Of a DNA stretch of 64,000 nt, positions 38,725 to 47,223 are shown one piece after another. The notes beneath the pieces were generated by a model. That model searched no databases and was not told the origin of the DNA. It saw only the letters and a program-made list of their open reading frames with translations. The position numbers and the translations under genes are program-made. Source of the stretch: an uncultured Eubacteriaceae bacterium (lineage in GTDB: Bacteria > Bacillota > Clostridia > Eubacteriales > Garciellaceae); assembly GCA_964533275.1 (NCBI GenBank), contig CAZHJK010000011.1, forward strand, positions 5,572 through 69,571, written 5' to 3'. Position 1 is the first letter of the stretch. Each line of letters opens with the position of its first letter.

Positions 38725-39648
38725 TTATAGTATTATCCTTAATAATACTATAGAAGTAATTAAAGAAAGTAATGTAGTGACAGAAACAATAATAGCAGCA
38801 TACTCTTTTTCCCTATCAAAGGTTTCTGCCAGTATGGATGTCATAGCTGAAGCTGGCATGGCAGACATAATAATAATAGTATTTAAAACTTTAGAGGGAC
38901 CTTGGATTAATAAAGAAATTAAGTATATAAACCCGGGTATGATGACTAATTTAATAGTTACTCCATAGTATATTGTCCAGTCTTTTAAGTAATTTTTTAT
39001 TTTAACCTTTGATAGTATAACCCCAATAATAATCATGGATAGGGGAATTGTAGTATCACCAATAGTATTTATACTAGACAAGAGGGCACCGGGTAATTGG
39101 ATATTAAATAGCATTATTATAATGCCTAAGCAAACCGCTATAATAGAAGGATTAAGTAGAATCTTTTTTAGTTCCGCCCTTAGTTCTTTCTTATTAAAAT
39201 TACCTTTAAAAAGTATCAGTCCATAGGTCCATACTAATATTACGAAAAACATGTTAAAAATAGAACCATAGGCAATACCTTCAGCCCCGTATATAGAATT
39301 TAGTATTGGGAATCCCACATAACCTGTATTTGTAAAAACATTAGCAAAATGTAATATTGTTTTTTTATTATTTTTTATTGGTAATAAAAGTATATAAGAG
39401 AGTAGGATTATAATTATATAAGCTCCAATGGAGTATTGAAATGTTTTTATTACATTAGATTTAATTGAATCGTCAAAGGAATAGTTAAAAGATGAAAGAA
39501 TCATAAAGGGCAAAGCGATTTGAATTAGAATATCCACTAATCCTTTATTCATTTTATCTGTTATGATTTTTTTCTTACTGCCATAAACACCTACTAATAT
39601 TATAATAAATAAAGAAGCAACACTTTCTATAATAACTGACATCTCCAA
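38725..39648 (-). CDS. AEC (auxin efflux carrier) family permease
   Basis: 10-TM protein with typical AEC termini. TTG start 6 nt after GGGGGT. Confidence 0.7.
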   Translation of the reverse strand: MEMSVIIESVASLFIIILVGVYGSKKKIITDKMNKGLVDILIQIALPFMILSSFNYSFDDSIKSNVIKTFQYSIGAYIIIILLSYILLLPIKNNKKTILHFANVFTNTGYVGFPILNSIYGAEGIAYGSIFNMFFVILVWTYGLILFKGNFNKKELRAELKKILLNPSIIAVCLGIIIMLFNIQLPGALLSSINTIGDTTIPLSMIIIGVILSKVKIKNYLKDWTIYYGVTIKLVIIPGFIYLISLLIQGPSKVLNTIIIMSAMPASAMTSILAETFDREKEYAAIIVSVTTLLSLITSIVLLRIIL

Positions 39649-39766
39649 GGGAATACCCCCTATTATTCAGATACTTAACATTTTATGCTAAAAGATTGTT
39701 AATGTTACATAAAGCTTTCTAAAATAGTAGGGCAGTTTATAATCCTAATATAGGAGATATGAAATT

Positions 39767-40738
39767 TCAGTCACCGTCCCCTTGAGGAAACTTTTCAAGA
39801 AACCTTATTTTTATATCTATTAGTTCTTCTAAGGAGTATAGATACCTATTAAGGGCAATTCTGTTTTTTAATTGCTTATGGGATGTTGGTAATGGAGCTT
39901 CATTAAAGTGATTTTTTATTTCTTCTAAACGATTTACGCGTGTAGAGCAGTCTATAATGGTATTATCTTCTAGAAAACTATAGGTAAAGGATTTTAATAG
40001 TTGCACTTCCCTTTGATTTAAAAATTTAATCTTTAAAAACTCTTGCATGGATTTAATGATATAATACTGTTGTTTTCTCATTACAAAATATTCTACATAA
40101 TAATCATTATTTTGAAGGTAATAGCTATTTAAATATTTATAGGATCTATTCTTTGCAATCGATAGTATTTGGTTTACTTTTTTTAGTTGGGCTTTAAGAT
40201 CTTTGATATTACATTCATTAATTAGGCATAATCCCATATTTTTAAAGATTGTAGAAAAGGCACTTTCCACTTGTTTTTGATAACCTATAAGTTCTTTTTC
40301 AATATCCAAAACAAAATAATTAAATACTAGTGCAACTAAAATCCCTAAAAACATAAGTAAAAATTCGTTTAATAATATGGGGAAGGTTATTTCTCTCAAA
40401 GAATAAATATGCATAACTAATACCACATTTAGAACAATAGCAATCTTCATATCAAATCTATACATTAAGAAGGTAAATATAAAGACATATATCGTAAAGA
40501 CCCATAGATAAAAACCAAAGGATAAAAACAAGACACTGGCAAGTGTAAAGGAAACAATAGCAGCTAATAACCTGATTCCGGCTAGCTTAAAGGATTGTTT
40601 TTTAGCAGACAACATACTAACAATTACGATGGTTCCAGCTGATTCATAAAAGTTAATATTTAAAGCTTGTGTTAATAATATTGCTACAAAGACCCCCGCA
40701 GCCATTTTCAAACTGATGATAAACTCTTCTTTAACCAC
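39767..40738 (-). CDS. Aromatic-acid-exporter/FUSC-like membrane protein
   Basis: Five N-terminal TM helices plus a helical cytoplasmic C-domain. GTG start with an AAGGGGA RBS. The last four codons plus the stop (GDGD*) are supplied by a REP-like copy. Confidence 0.6.
   Translation of the reverse strand: MVKEEFIISLKMAAGVFVAILLTQALNINFYESAGTIVIVSMLSAKKQSFKLAGIRLLAAIVSFTLASVLFLSFGFYLWVFTIYVFIFTFLMYRFDMKIAIVLNVVLVMHIYSLREITFPILLNEFLLMFLGILVALVFNYFVLDIEKELIGYQKQVESAFSTIFKNMGLCLINECNIKDLKAQLKKVNQILSIAKNRSYKYLNSYYLQNNDYYVEYFVMRKQQYYIIKSMQEFLKIKFLNQREVQLLKSFTYSFLEDNTIIDCSTRVNRLEEIKNHFNEAPLPTSHKQLKNRIALNRYLYSLEELIDIKIRFLEKFPQGDGD
39770..39781 (-). repeat. REP-like element copy (minus orientation)
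   Basis: gtcaccgtcccc. Confidence 0.75.
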
Positions 40739-40813
40739 CTAAAAAATCCCCTTTCAATGACACTTTAAAGATTAATAAATCTTATTTTACCCAATTAATA
40801 GGTTAAAAATGAA

Positions 40814-40910
40814 ATCAACATTTAGGGACGGTGACTTTATTCTCCAAGAAATCAACATTTAGGGACGGTGACTTTCAACATTTAGGGACGGTGACTTTAT
40901 TCTCCAATAT
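40814..40910 (+). repeat. Three tandem REP-like copies
   Basis: caacatttagggacggtgacttt occurs three times (cores at 40825, 40862 and 40885). The first and third copies extend with attctccaa. Confidence 0.9.
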
Positions 40911-41082
40911 TTACCAAAAAGGTTATAAATTTTATTCTAATGCAATAAAATAATACTTGATTCCACTTATTCATTTAATAAATGTTCTAATCGGAATTGT
41001 TGGTTGTTACCTTTTAATAATATTAAATTTTCTGTACAATAAAAGAAGCACACAAAATGGGATAAGTAGGAGGGGATATGAA

Positions 41083-42330
41083 ATGATTGAAATAATTAAA
41101 AATATACTATTGAACAATGATATAAATGAAAATGTAGCATTTTATTTATCTAATGCAATAGCAGTAATACTAATAATTATAATTAGTTTAATAGTTAATT
41201 ATATAGTTAAGAAAGTTCTTCTAAAATACTTAAATGCCTATGCCGTAAAAACTAAAAACAAGTGGGATAATATTCTAATGGAGAAAAAGGTGTTTGATAG
41301 ACTGGCTAGTATTGTACCTGCAGGTATTATACATGCTTTTGCACCAGCTTTTCCTACATATCAATTATGGATCCAAAGAATTGCCTTTTCATATATAGTT
41401 TTAATTATATTATTATCAATAAACAGGTTATTAGATGCTATAAACCACATATATACAAGGCATGAGGTTTCAAAATCTAGACCTATTAAAGGATATCTTC
41501 AGGTTATAGAAATCGTTGTATATACTATTGGAATTGTTTTTATAATAAGTGTTTTAATAGATCGTTCTCCTTGGCTTTTATTAAGTGGGATAGGCGCTGC
41601 TACTGCTGTACTTATGCTTATTTTTCAAAATTCAATACTGGGACTTGTCGCCAGCATTCAGATTTCATCTAATAATTTGCTACGGATTGGGGATTGGATA
41701 GAGATGTCTAAATTTGGTGCAGATGGTGATGTTTTAGAAATATCCTTACATACGGTAAAGGTGCAAAACTGGAATAAAACAATTGTTACGATACCAACCC
41801 ATTTACTTTTATCAGAATCCTTTATAAATTGGAGGGGAATGCTAGAATCAGGTGGTAGGAGAATAATGAGATCTATATACATTGATATTAATAGTATTAA
41901 ATTCTGTGATGAAATAATGCTAAAGCGATTTGAAGAAATAGATTATATCAGAGAAGATATCCAAAATAAGAAGAAAGAAATAGAAGCATATAACAAAAAA
42001 CAAGATGTAAGTAATTCACAAGTTAATGGAAGAAACCTAACTAATATTGGGGTTTTTAGAATTTATATAGAGAATTATTTAAGAAATCATCCTGGTGTAA
42101 ATCAAGATTTACTTAAGATGGTAAGGCAGCTTGAACCTACTGAAAAGGGTCTGCCCATACAAATATATGTTTTTACAAATGTAGTACAATGGGATAAGTA
42201 TGAAGCTATACAATCGGATATATTTGAACATTTATTAGCTGTTGCACCAGAATTTGGTCTTAGGATTTATCAAGGACCTTCAGGTTATGATTTTAATAAA
42301 ATAGAAGTAATGTCAAACAATAATAAATAA
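41083..42330 (+). CDS. MscS-family mechanosensitive channel
   Basis: TM3-beta domain signature IGDWIEM...GDVLEISLHTVKVQNWNKTIVTIP. The start is moved to ATG 41083 after AGGAGGGG. Confidence 0.85.
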   Translation: MIEIIKNILLNNDINENVAFYLSNAIAVILIIIISLIVNYIVKKVLLKYLNAYAVKTKNKWDNILMEKKVFDRLASIVPAGIIHAFAPAFPTYQLWIQRIAFSYIVLIILLSINRLLDAINHIYTRHEVSKSRPIKGYLQVIEIVVYTIGIVFIISVLIDRSPWLLLSGIGAATAVLMLIFQNSILGLVASIQISSNNLLRIGDWIEMSKFGADGDVLEISLHTVKVQNWNKTIVTIPTHLLLSESFINWRGMLESGGRRIMRSIYIDINSIKFCDEIMLKRFEEIDYIREDIQNKKKEIEAYNKKQDVSNSQVNGRNLTNIGVFRIYIENYLRNHPGVNQDLLKMVRQLEPTEKGLPIQIYVFTNVVQWDKYEAIQSDIFEHLLAVAPEFGLRIYQGPSGYDFNKIEVMSNNNK

Positions 42331-42339
42331 TAGTCATCT

Positions 42340-42371
42340 GGGGACGGTGACTTTATTCTCCAATATATTCC
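42340..42371 (+). repeat. REP-like element copy, long form
   Basis: ggggacggtgactttattctccaatatattcc. Confidence 0.9.
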
Positions 42372-42499
42372 AGCTGATAGATTTATTTAATTAATAAAAT
42401 TCTCTAGTTGACTTATAAGGTGGGAAAATGACAAATCATCTTTACAATATAAGTAAATAGTGATAAATACTTTTCATATTATTGTTAGGAGGGTTTTAT

Positions 42500-42793
42500 G
42501 TGAGAAAACAGGATGAAATGGAAAATATGAATATGCTTTTATCTGCTCGAAATGCATTTATTATTTCTATTATACTAATTTTTTCATATATGATTTATTC
42601 AATGATAAAGGGCGAATATAAGAGAGAAATTGTAATTATGTTTAACATTATGTTTTTTAGCTTTACGGGGTCTTCAACCTACTATGCCAATAAATGGCAG
42701 GGAAAAGGTTTCTTTCGTGCTATTTTACCTGTGGCTCTTATTGTGCTTATAACAGCACTTGTCATTTTATTTGTTATGTGGATGTTGAGATGA
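42500..42793 (+). CDS. Small 3-TM membrane protein
   Basis: GTG start 6 nt after AGGAGGG. Its stop overlaps (ATGA) the start of the XRE gene. Confidence 0.6.
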   Translation: MRKQDEMENMNMLLSARNAFIISIILIFSYMIYSMIKGEYKREIVIMFNIMFFSFTGSSTYYANKWQGKGFFRAILPVALIVLITALVILFVMWMLR

Positions 42794-42987
42794 AAAATAA
42801 TATAAAAATTCAACGAACAATAAAGAATCTAACACAGACAGATTTGGCAAAAATGTGTGATGTTTCTAGACAGACTATAAATGCTATTGAAAATGATCGC
42901 TATGACCCCACCATATCTCTTGCTTTTAAATTATCTAAGGTTTTAGATGTTACAGTAGACCAATTGTTTGATCCTATTGAATGTTGA
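42790..42987 (+). CDS. XRE-family HTH transcriptional regulator (65 aa)
   Basis: LTQTDLAKMCDVSRQTINAIENDRYDPT HTH. The listed ORF is trimmed to the ATG that overlaps the upstream stop. Confidence 0.85.
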   Translation: MKNNIKIQRTIKNLTQTDLAKMCDVSRQTINAIENDRYDPTISLAFKLSKVLDVTVDQLFDPIEC

Positions 42988-43011
42988 ATGCAAAATTAGT
43001 AGATATATAAG

Positions 43012-43113
43012 GCCAGGGACACAGTATACCCATAAAAGATCTTGTTAAGCAGTACGATTTTACTGAAAATAGCATTAGAAGAATTATTAAGGCACACAAA
43101 ACACAAGACAAAT
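43012..43113 (+). pseudogene. Remnant 3' end of an HTH-containing gene
   Basis: Only ...IPIKDLVKQYDFTENSIRRIIKAHKTQDK* remains open. A stop codon lies directly upstream and there is no start or RBS. Confidence 0.35.
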
Positions 43114-43121
43114 AAAAATTA

Positions 43122-43158
43122 AAGATACTTGATTCTAAAAATGATCAAGTATTTTTAT
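43122..43158 (+). terminator. Rho-independent terminator
   Basis: atacttgat / atcaagtat, followed by ttttatt. Confidence 0.6.
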
Positions 43159-43277
43159 TAGTAAAAAATCAATAATACAGAAATGATTCTGTTTACCAGA
43201 GAATTTGCGTTAATGGTATTATTATTATAAATGGATAAGTGAGTATGCAATAGTAGGAAAGAGTAGGAGGTAGTTAA

Positions 43278-43886
43278 TTGAATAAAGTCAGTACTCTAAA
43301 AGTCAGGTTTAAATGATGATAAAAATACGATTTATCCTGTAATAAAATAATTATAACTCACCACGATTTCGATCATATGGGATCTTTGGCAGCATTTAAA
43401 AGAAAGTACCCTTCTATAAAAGTAGTAGCATCCATAGATGATAAAGAATATATCAATGGAAGTAAAAAATCACTAAGACTACAACAAGCAGAGTCTATAT
43501 ATGACTCTTTACCAGAAGGAGAAAAAGAAAGTGCAAAAACTTTTCATAGAATACTTAAATCAATAGAGCCCTGTAATGTAGATATATGCGTGAAAGACAA
43601 GGATTTTTTTGATTACTGTGGAGGTATAGAAATAATTTCTACTCCAGGACATATGCCAGGACATATTTCAATTTACATTAAATCTACATTAATTGCTGGA
43701 GATGCATTAGTTTTTGAAAATGATGAAACTTACTATTCCAAATCCACAGTATACATTAGATATGAATGAGGTAAAAAATCAATTGTAAAATTATTAGATT
43801 ATGAAATAGATAGTGTTATTTGCTATCATGGTGGCATTTGTAATAAGGGTATTAAAAATTCACTAAGAGAAATTGTTTCAAGTTGA
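43278..43886 (+). pseudogene. Decayed MBL-fold hydrolase gene (frameshifts plus N-terminal deletion)
   Basis: AGGAGG-TTG start (LNKVSTLKVRFK*) runs into stops. THHDFDH is in a second frame. The C-terminus (KLLDYEIDSVICYHGG...) is in yet another frame after the listed ORF stops at 43769. Confidence 0.75.
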
Positions 43887-44000
43887 TATGGGACAATTGG
43901 GAAGTATGAAGTCGAGGTAGCAAGTTATGAACTCAGGACGCTATATGAATGGCACGCAAGCCTATGGATGGCCTTTTTAATAATCTTCAACTTTATTTTG

Positions 44001-44029
44001 TTGACTTATTGTATTCATTATTGTATAAT
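44001..44029 (+). promoter_or_regulatory. Near-consensus sigma-A promoter of the C-M-DUF262-HEPN operon
   Basis: TTGACT (44001-06), 17 nt, TATAAT (44024-29). A 9-nt direct repeat ttattgtat lies at 44006-14 and 44018-26. Confidence 0.7.
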
Positions 44030-44034
44030 TTAAA

Positions 44035-44283
44035 ATGGGTGATAGTATGGATGCATTACAGATATTTTCACATAATTTGAAGAAGTTAAGAATCCAAAAA
44101 GGATTTTCCCAAAAAGAAATTGCTGAAATTTCGGGGTTACATCGCACTTATATTAGTGCAATTGAATGTGGCAAACGTAGTATTGCTCTAGATAATGTGC
44201 AAAAAATAGCAGATGCTTTAGGTGTACAGCCTTATCAACTGTTTTTGATAAATAATAATAACACCAAAACTAAGGAGGTGTAG
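44035..44283 (+). CDS. Controller (C) protein-type XRE HTH regulator of a restriction-modification-like operon
   Basis: KLRIQKGFSQKEIAEISGLHRTYISAIECGKRSIALDNVQKIADALG resembles C-protein HTHs. ATG 44035 lies 6 nt after the -10 (possibly leaderless). ATG 44047 is the alternative. Confidence 0.7.
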   Translation: MGDSMDALQIFSHNLKKLRIQKGFSQKEIAEISGLHRTYISAIECGKRSIALDNVQKIADALGVQPYQLFLINNNNTKTKEV

Positions 44284-44285
44284 CT

Positions 44286-45347
44286 GTGCCCTGTTCAATA
44301 GTTGATTTATTCTGTGGTGTCGGAGGTTTAACCAAAGGGCTTGAGCTTGCTGGCTTAAATGTTGTTGCAGGTATAGACATTGACGATAGTTGCAGTTTTG
44401 CTTATGAGCAAAATAACAATGCAAGATTTGTTCAGGGTGACATTACCGATATTGATATACAATCTGTTTTAGAATTGTTTCCAGAGGGTGATATGCGGAT
44501 ATTAGTAGGATGTGCTCCGTGTCAGCCATTCTCAAAATATACTCAACGCTATCGTAAAGATGGACAAAAGGATGATAAATGGAAATTATTATACTCCTTT
44601 TCCAATATTGTAAATGAGTTAAGACCTACCGTAGTTTCAATGGAAAATGTTCCAGAATTGGCAAAGGAGTCTGTTTTTAATGATTTTGTTAAGAGTTTAG
44701 AAAAATTGGGTTATTATTGTTCTTGGTCAATAGCATATTGTCCAGACTATGGTGTACCACAAAAACGCAAACGTCTTGTACTATTAGCGTCACTTTTGGG
44801 CGAGATAACTCTTATTCCTGCATTATATAATTCGGAAAATTATCAAACAGTACGAGATGCTATTGGAATGTTACCAGCTTTGAGAAGTGGGGAGATAAAT
44901 GATAATGACCCTATTCACTGTTCAACTAAGATGTCTTCTATAAATATAGAAAGAATACAACAATCTGTACCAAATGGTACATGGAGAGACTGGGAAGAAC
45001 ATTTAAAATTACCTTGTCATAAGAAAAAAACGGGTAAAAGCTATGGTGCTGTGTATGGTCGTATGGGATGGGATGAACCATCACCGACTATAACAACTCA
45101 ATTTTATGGATACGGAAATGGACGTTTCGGTCATCCTGAACAAGATAGAGCTCTTTCTTATAGAGAGGGTGCTCTTTTACAATCATTCCCGCCGGGATAT
45201 ATATTCATAAATAGAGATGAACCTTTTAACAGGCGTCAATTAGGAATCCACATTGGTAACGCTGTTCCTGTAGAATTAGGGCGTGCTATTGGTTTAAGCA
45301 TTACTCAGCATTTACAAGAAATGGGGGTGGAAATTCATGGCGAATGA
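44286..45347 (+). CDS. DNA (cytosine-5)-methyltransferase
   Basis: Motif I DLFCGVGG, IV GCAPCQPFS, VI MENVP, VIII QKRKR, X GNAVPV. GTG start after AAGGAGGTG. Confidence 0.9.
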   Translation: MPCSIVDLFCGVGGLTKGLELAGLNVVAGIDIDDSCSFAYEQNNNARFVQGDITDIDIQSVLELFPEGDMRILVGCAPCQPFSKYTQRYRKDGQKDDKWKLLYSFSNIVNELRPTVVSMENVPELAKESVFNDFVKSLEKLGYYCSWSIAYCPDYGVPQKRKRLVLLASLLGEITLIPALYNSENYQTVRDAIGMLPALRSGEINDNDPIHCSTKMSSINIERIQQSVPNGTWRDWEEHLKLPCHKKKTGKSYGAVYGRMGWDEPSPTITTQFYGYGNGRFGHPEQDRALSYREGALLQSFPPGYIFINRDEPFNRRQLGIHIGNAVPVELGRAIGLSITQHLQEMGVEIHGE

Positions 45348-46392
45348 TATAACAGATGTTAAACGAAAAGAAGGGGAGGAACAAATTAAAGAATTGAGAA
45401 AAGAGATAGACTATGATACTCGTGATTATTCTATTGATTTTCTTGTTCAGCAGTATAGAGAAGATGAATTCTATATACCAGATGAATATCAAAGAAAATA
45501 TATTTGGGAAGATGCTAATAAGACCAGATTTATTGAATCTATATTATTGGGACTCCCCATCCCTTTTATGTTTTTCTCTGATACAGATGATGGTCGTTGT
45601 GAAATCATTGATGGAGCACAAAGAACACAAACCTTGGTTGAATTTATGGATAATGAATTAAAACTGGTTAACCTGAAAAAGCTTTCTGCACTTAATAATT
45701 TTACCTATTCAGATTTACCTGAGTATTTCAAGAGAAAATTCAATAAGACGACTATGAGAATAATCGTTCTTTCTGATGAAACTACTATAGAAATTCGTCA
45801 AGAAATATTTAACAGAATTAACACTACTGGGGTTCCGGCTCGTCCTAGTGAAATTCGTAGGGGTAGTTATGCAGGATCTTTTATGAATTTTCTTAAAGAA
45901 TGCACAGAGAATCCTGTGTTTATGCGTGTTTGTCCTGTAAGCAAAATATCTAAAAAAAGATACGAAGACTTAGAGTTAGTATTGAGGTTCTTTGCGTTTA
46001 TAAATAATTATAAATCTTTTGTACACAGAGTTGATGAGTTTTTGGATAGCTATGTTGAAAGTATTCAAGATGATTTTGATAAAACCGCATTTCAGCAAGA
46101 ATTTGAAAACATGCTAAACTTTGTAGATAAACACTTTGACTACGGATTTAGAAAAACAAAAAATGCAAAATCCACTCCTAGAGTTCGGTTTGAAGCTATT
46201 GCTGTGGGGGTTGGTTTAGCGTTAAGAGAAAAACCAAACTTAGTTCCAGCATCTATGGATTGGCTTGAAAGTAAAGAATTCAAAATCCACACAACGACTC
46301 ATGCCAGTAACTCTCAAGCACGAGTATCTGGGCGTATCGAATATGTGAGGGATGCTCTGTTGGCAGGTGATGAAAATGCAAGCAACGATTGA
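45337..46392 (+). CDS. DUF262 (ParB/Srx-fold, GmrSD-N-like) protein without a fused nuclease domain
   Basis: IPDEYQRKYIW ... CEIIDGAQRTQTL (DGQQR-type motif). 11-nt overlap with the methyltransferase gene. Confidence 0.75.
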   Translation: MANDITDVKRKEGEEQIKELRKEIDYDTRDYSIDFLVQQYREDEFYIPDEYQRKYIWEDANKTRFIESILLGLPIPFMFFSDTDDGRCEIIDGAQRTQTLVEFMDNELKLVNLKKLSALNNFTYSDLPEYFKRKFNKTTMRIIVLSDETTIEIRQEIFNRINTTGVPARPSEIRRGSYAGSFMNFLKECTENPVFMRVCPVSKISKKRYEDLELVLRFFAFINNYKSFVHRVDEFLDSYVESIQDDFDKTAFQQEFENMLNFVDKHFDYGFRKTKNAKSTPRVRFEAIAVGVGLALREKPNLVPASMDWLESKEFKIHTTTHASNSQARVSGRIEYVRDALLAGDENASND

Positions 46393-47068
46393 CACCTTTA
46401 ATGAACGTATAGCCGAATTAGATTTATACTATTCTGCATTAGATCAGCTATATCTATCAAAGATAACTCCTAATAGCGGTGAAAGATATTTAGAAGATGA
46501 CTTTTTAAAGATATTAAAATCTAATGCCTTACTTATGAATTATAACCTTGTAGAATCCACAATTATGGGTGGTATTCTAGAAATATATGCTGAATTAGGC
46601 CAGCATGGGATAACATATAAAATGGTTCGCCGAGAAATACAAGATATTTGGTTTTCTTTCAAATTCAATCAAGTCTATGATAAAAATGCGCATTATCACT
46701 CATATCGGGACAAGGCATCCGAGATTATAACTTCCATTTTATCTGATGATACATTAGCTTTAGATAGAAAGACAACCGATTTTAGCGGAAATTTAGACGC
46801 TGATAAAATCCGAATTATTTGTCAAGACCACGGAATCCACTTTAATTTAGACAGAAAATGCCGAGGGGGTATAGTTTTATCGGATGTCAAAGACAAAAGG
46901 AATAACCTTGCTCATGGCACTATTTCATTTGTAGAATGTGGTCGTGACTATTCAATTGAAGATCTTACTAAAATAAAAAATGAAACTGTATTTTTTCTTA
47001 AAGATATTCTCAATGGGATGAAAGAATATTATGACGACAAGCTTTATCTATCTGCATCAAATCAATAG
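46370..47068 (+). CDS. HEPN-like protein (Rx4H motif), MAE_28990-like by recollection
   Basis: KDKRNNLAHGTISF near the C-terminus, in an all-helical-looking sequence. Start is ATG 46370 or 46376, inside the 3' end of the DUF262 gene. Confidence 0.6.
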   Translation: MKMQATIDTFNERIAELDLYYSALDQLYLSKITPNSGERYLEDDFLKILKSNALLMNYNLVESTIMGGILEIYAELGQHGITYKMVRREIQDIWFSFKFNQVYDKNAHYHSYRDKASEIITSILSDDTLALDRKTTDFSGNLDADKIRIICQDHGIHFNLDRKCRGGIVLSDVKDKRNNLAHGTISFVECGRDYSIEDLTKIKNETVFFLKDILNGMKEYYDDKLYLSASNQ

Positions 47069-47223
47069 AAAAAAGTATAGAATATGGGGTCAGAGAATAT
47101 GGGATCTTGAATTATTTTTAGAATTAGAAGTAGGAGCAGAATATATATCCCTACTCTCTTCTTATCTAAAACTTAAAGATAATAGTAAGAAGTAAATATG
47201 TTATAGAATTATTTCCAAAGAAA

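Noticed and set aside
40814-40910. Possible mini-CRISPR array (three direct repeats)
   Set aside because: The repeats are ~23 nt with 0-14-nt spacers, with no regular spacing and no cas genes. The unit is the same REP-like core dispersed elsewhere in the window.
40957-41082. Long N-terminal extensions from non-ATG starts in the ORF track (mscS 40957, pcrA 50083, RAYT 49956, hydrolases 30867 and 31048)
   Set aside because: In each case an internal ATG is preceded at 5-9 nt by a strong GGAGG-type site, and the trimmed N-terminus matches the family's usual start (for example MSNLLKGLNPEQ for PcrA).
42694-42789. Listed 97-aa version of the XRE ORF
   Set aside because: The first 32 codons are an alternate-frame read of the upstream membrane-protein gene. 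The HTH protein starts at the ATG in the ATGA overlap.
45301-45661. Small ORFs 45301-45492 (minus strand) and 45413-45661 (plus strand, alternate frame) at the M/DUF262 junction
   Set aside because: They are embedded in the DUF262 coding frame, which carries the conserved motifs. Their translations are Ile/Phe-rich noise.
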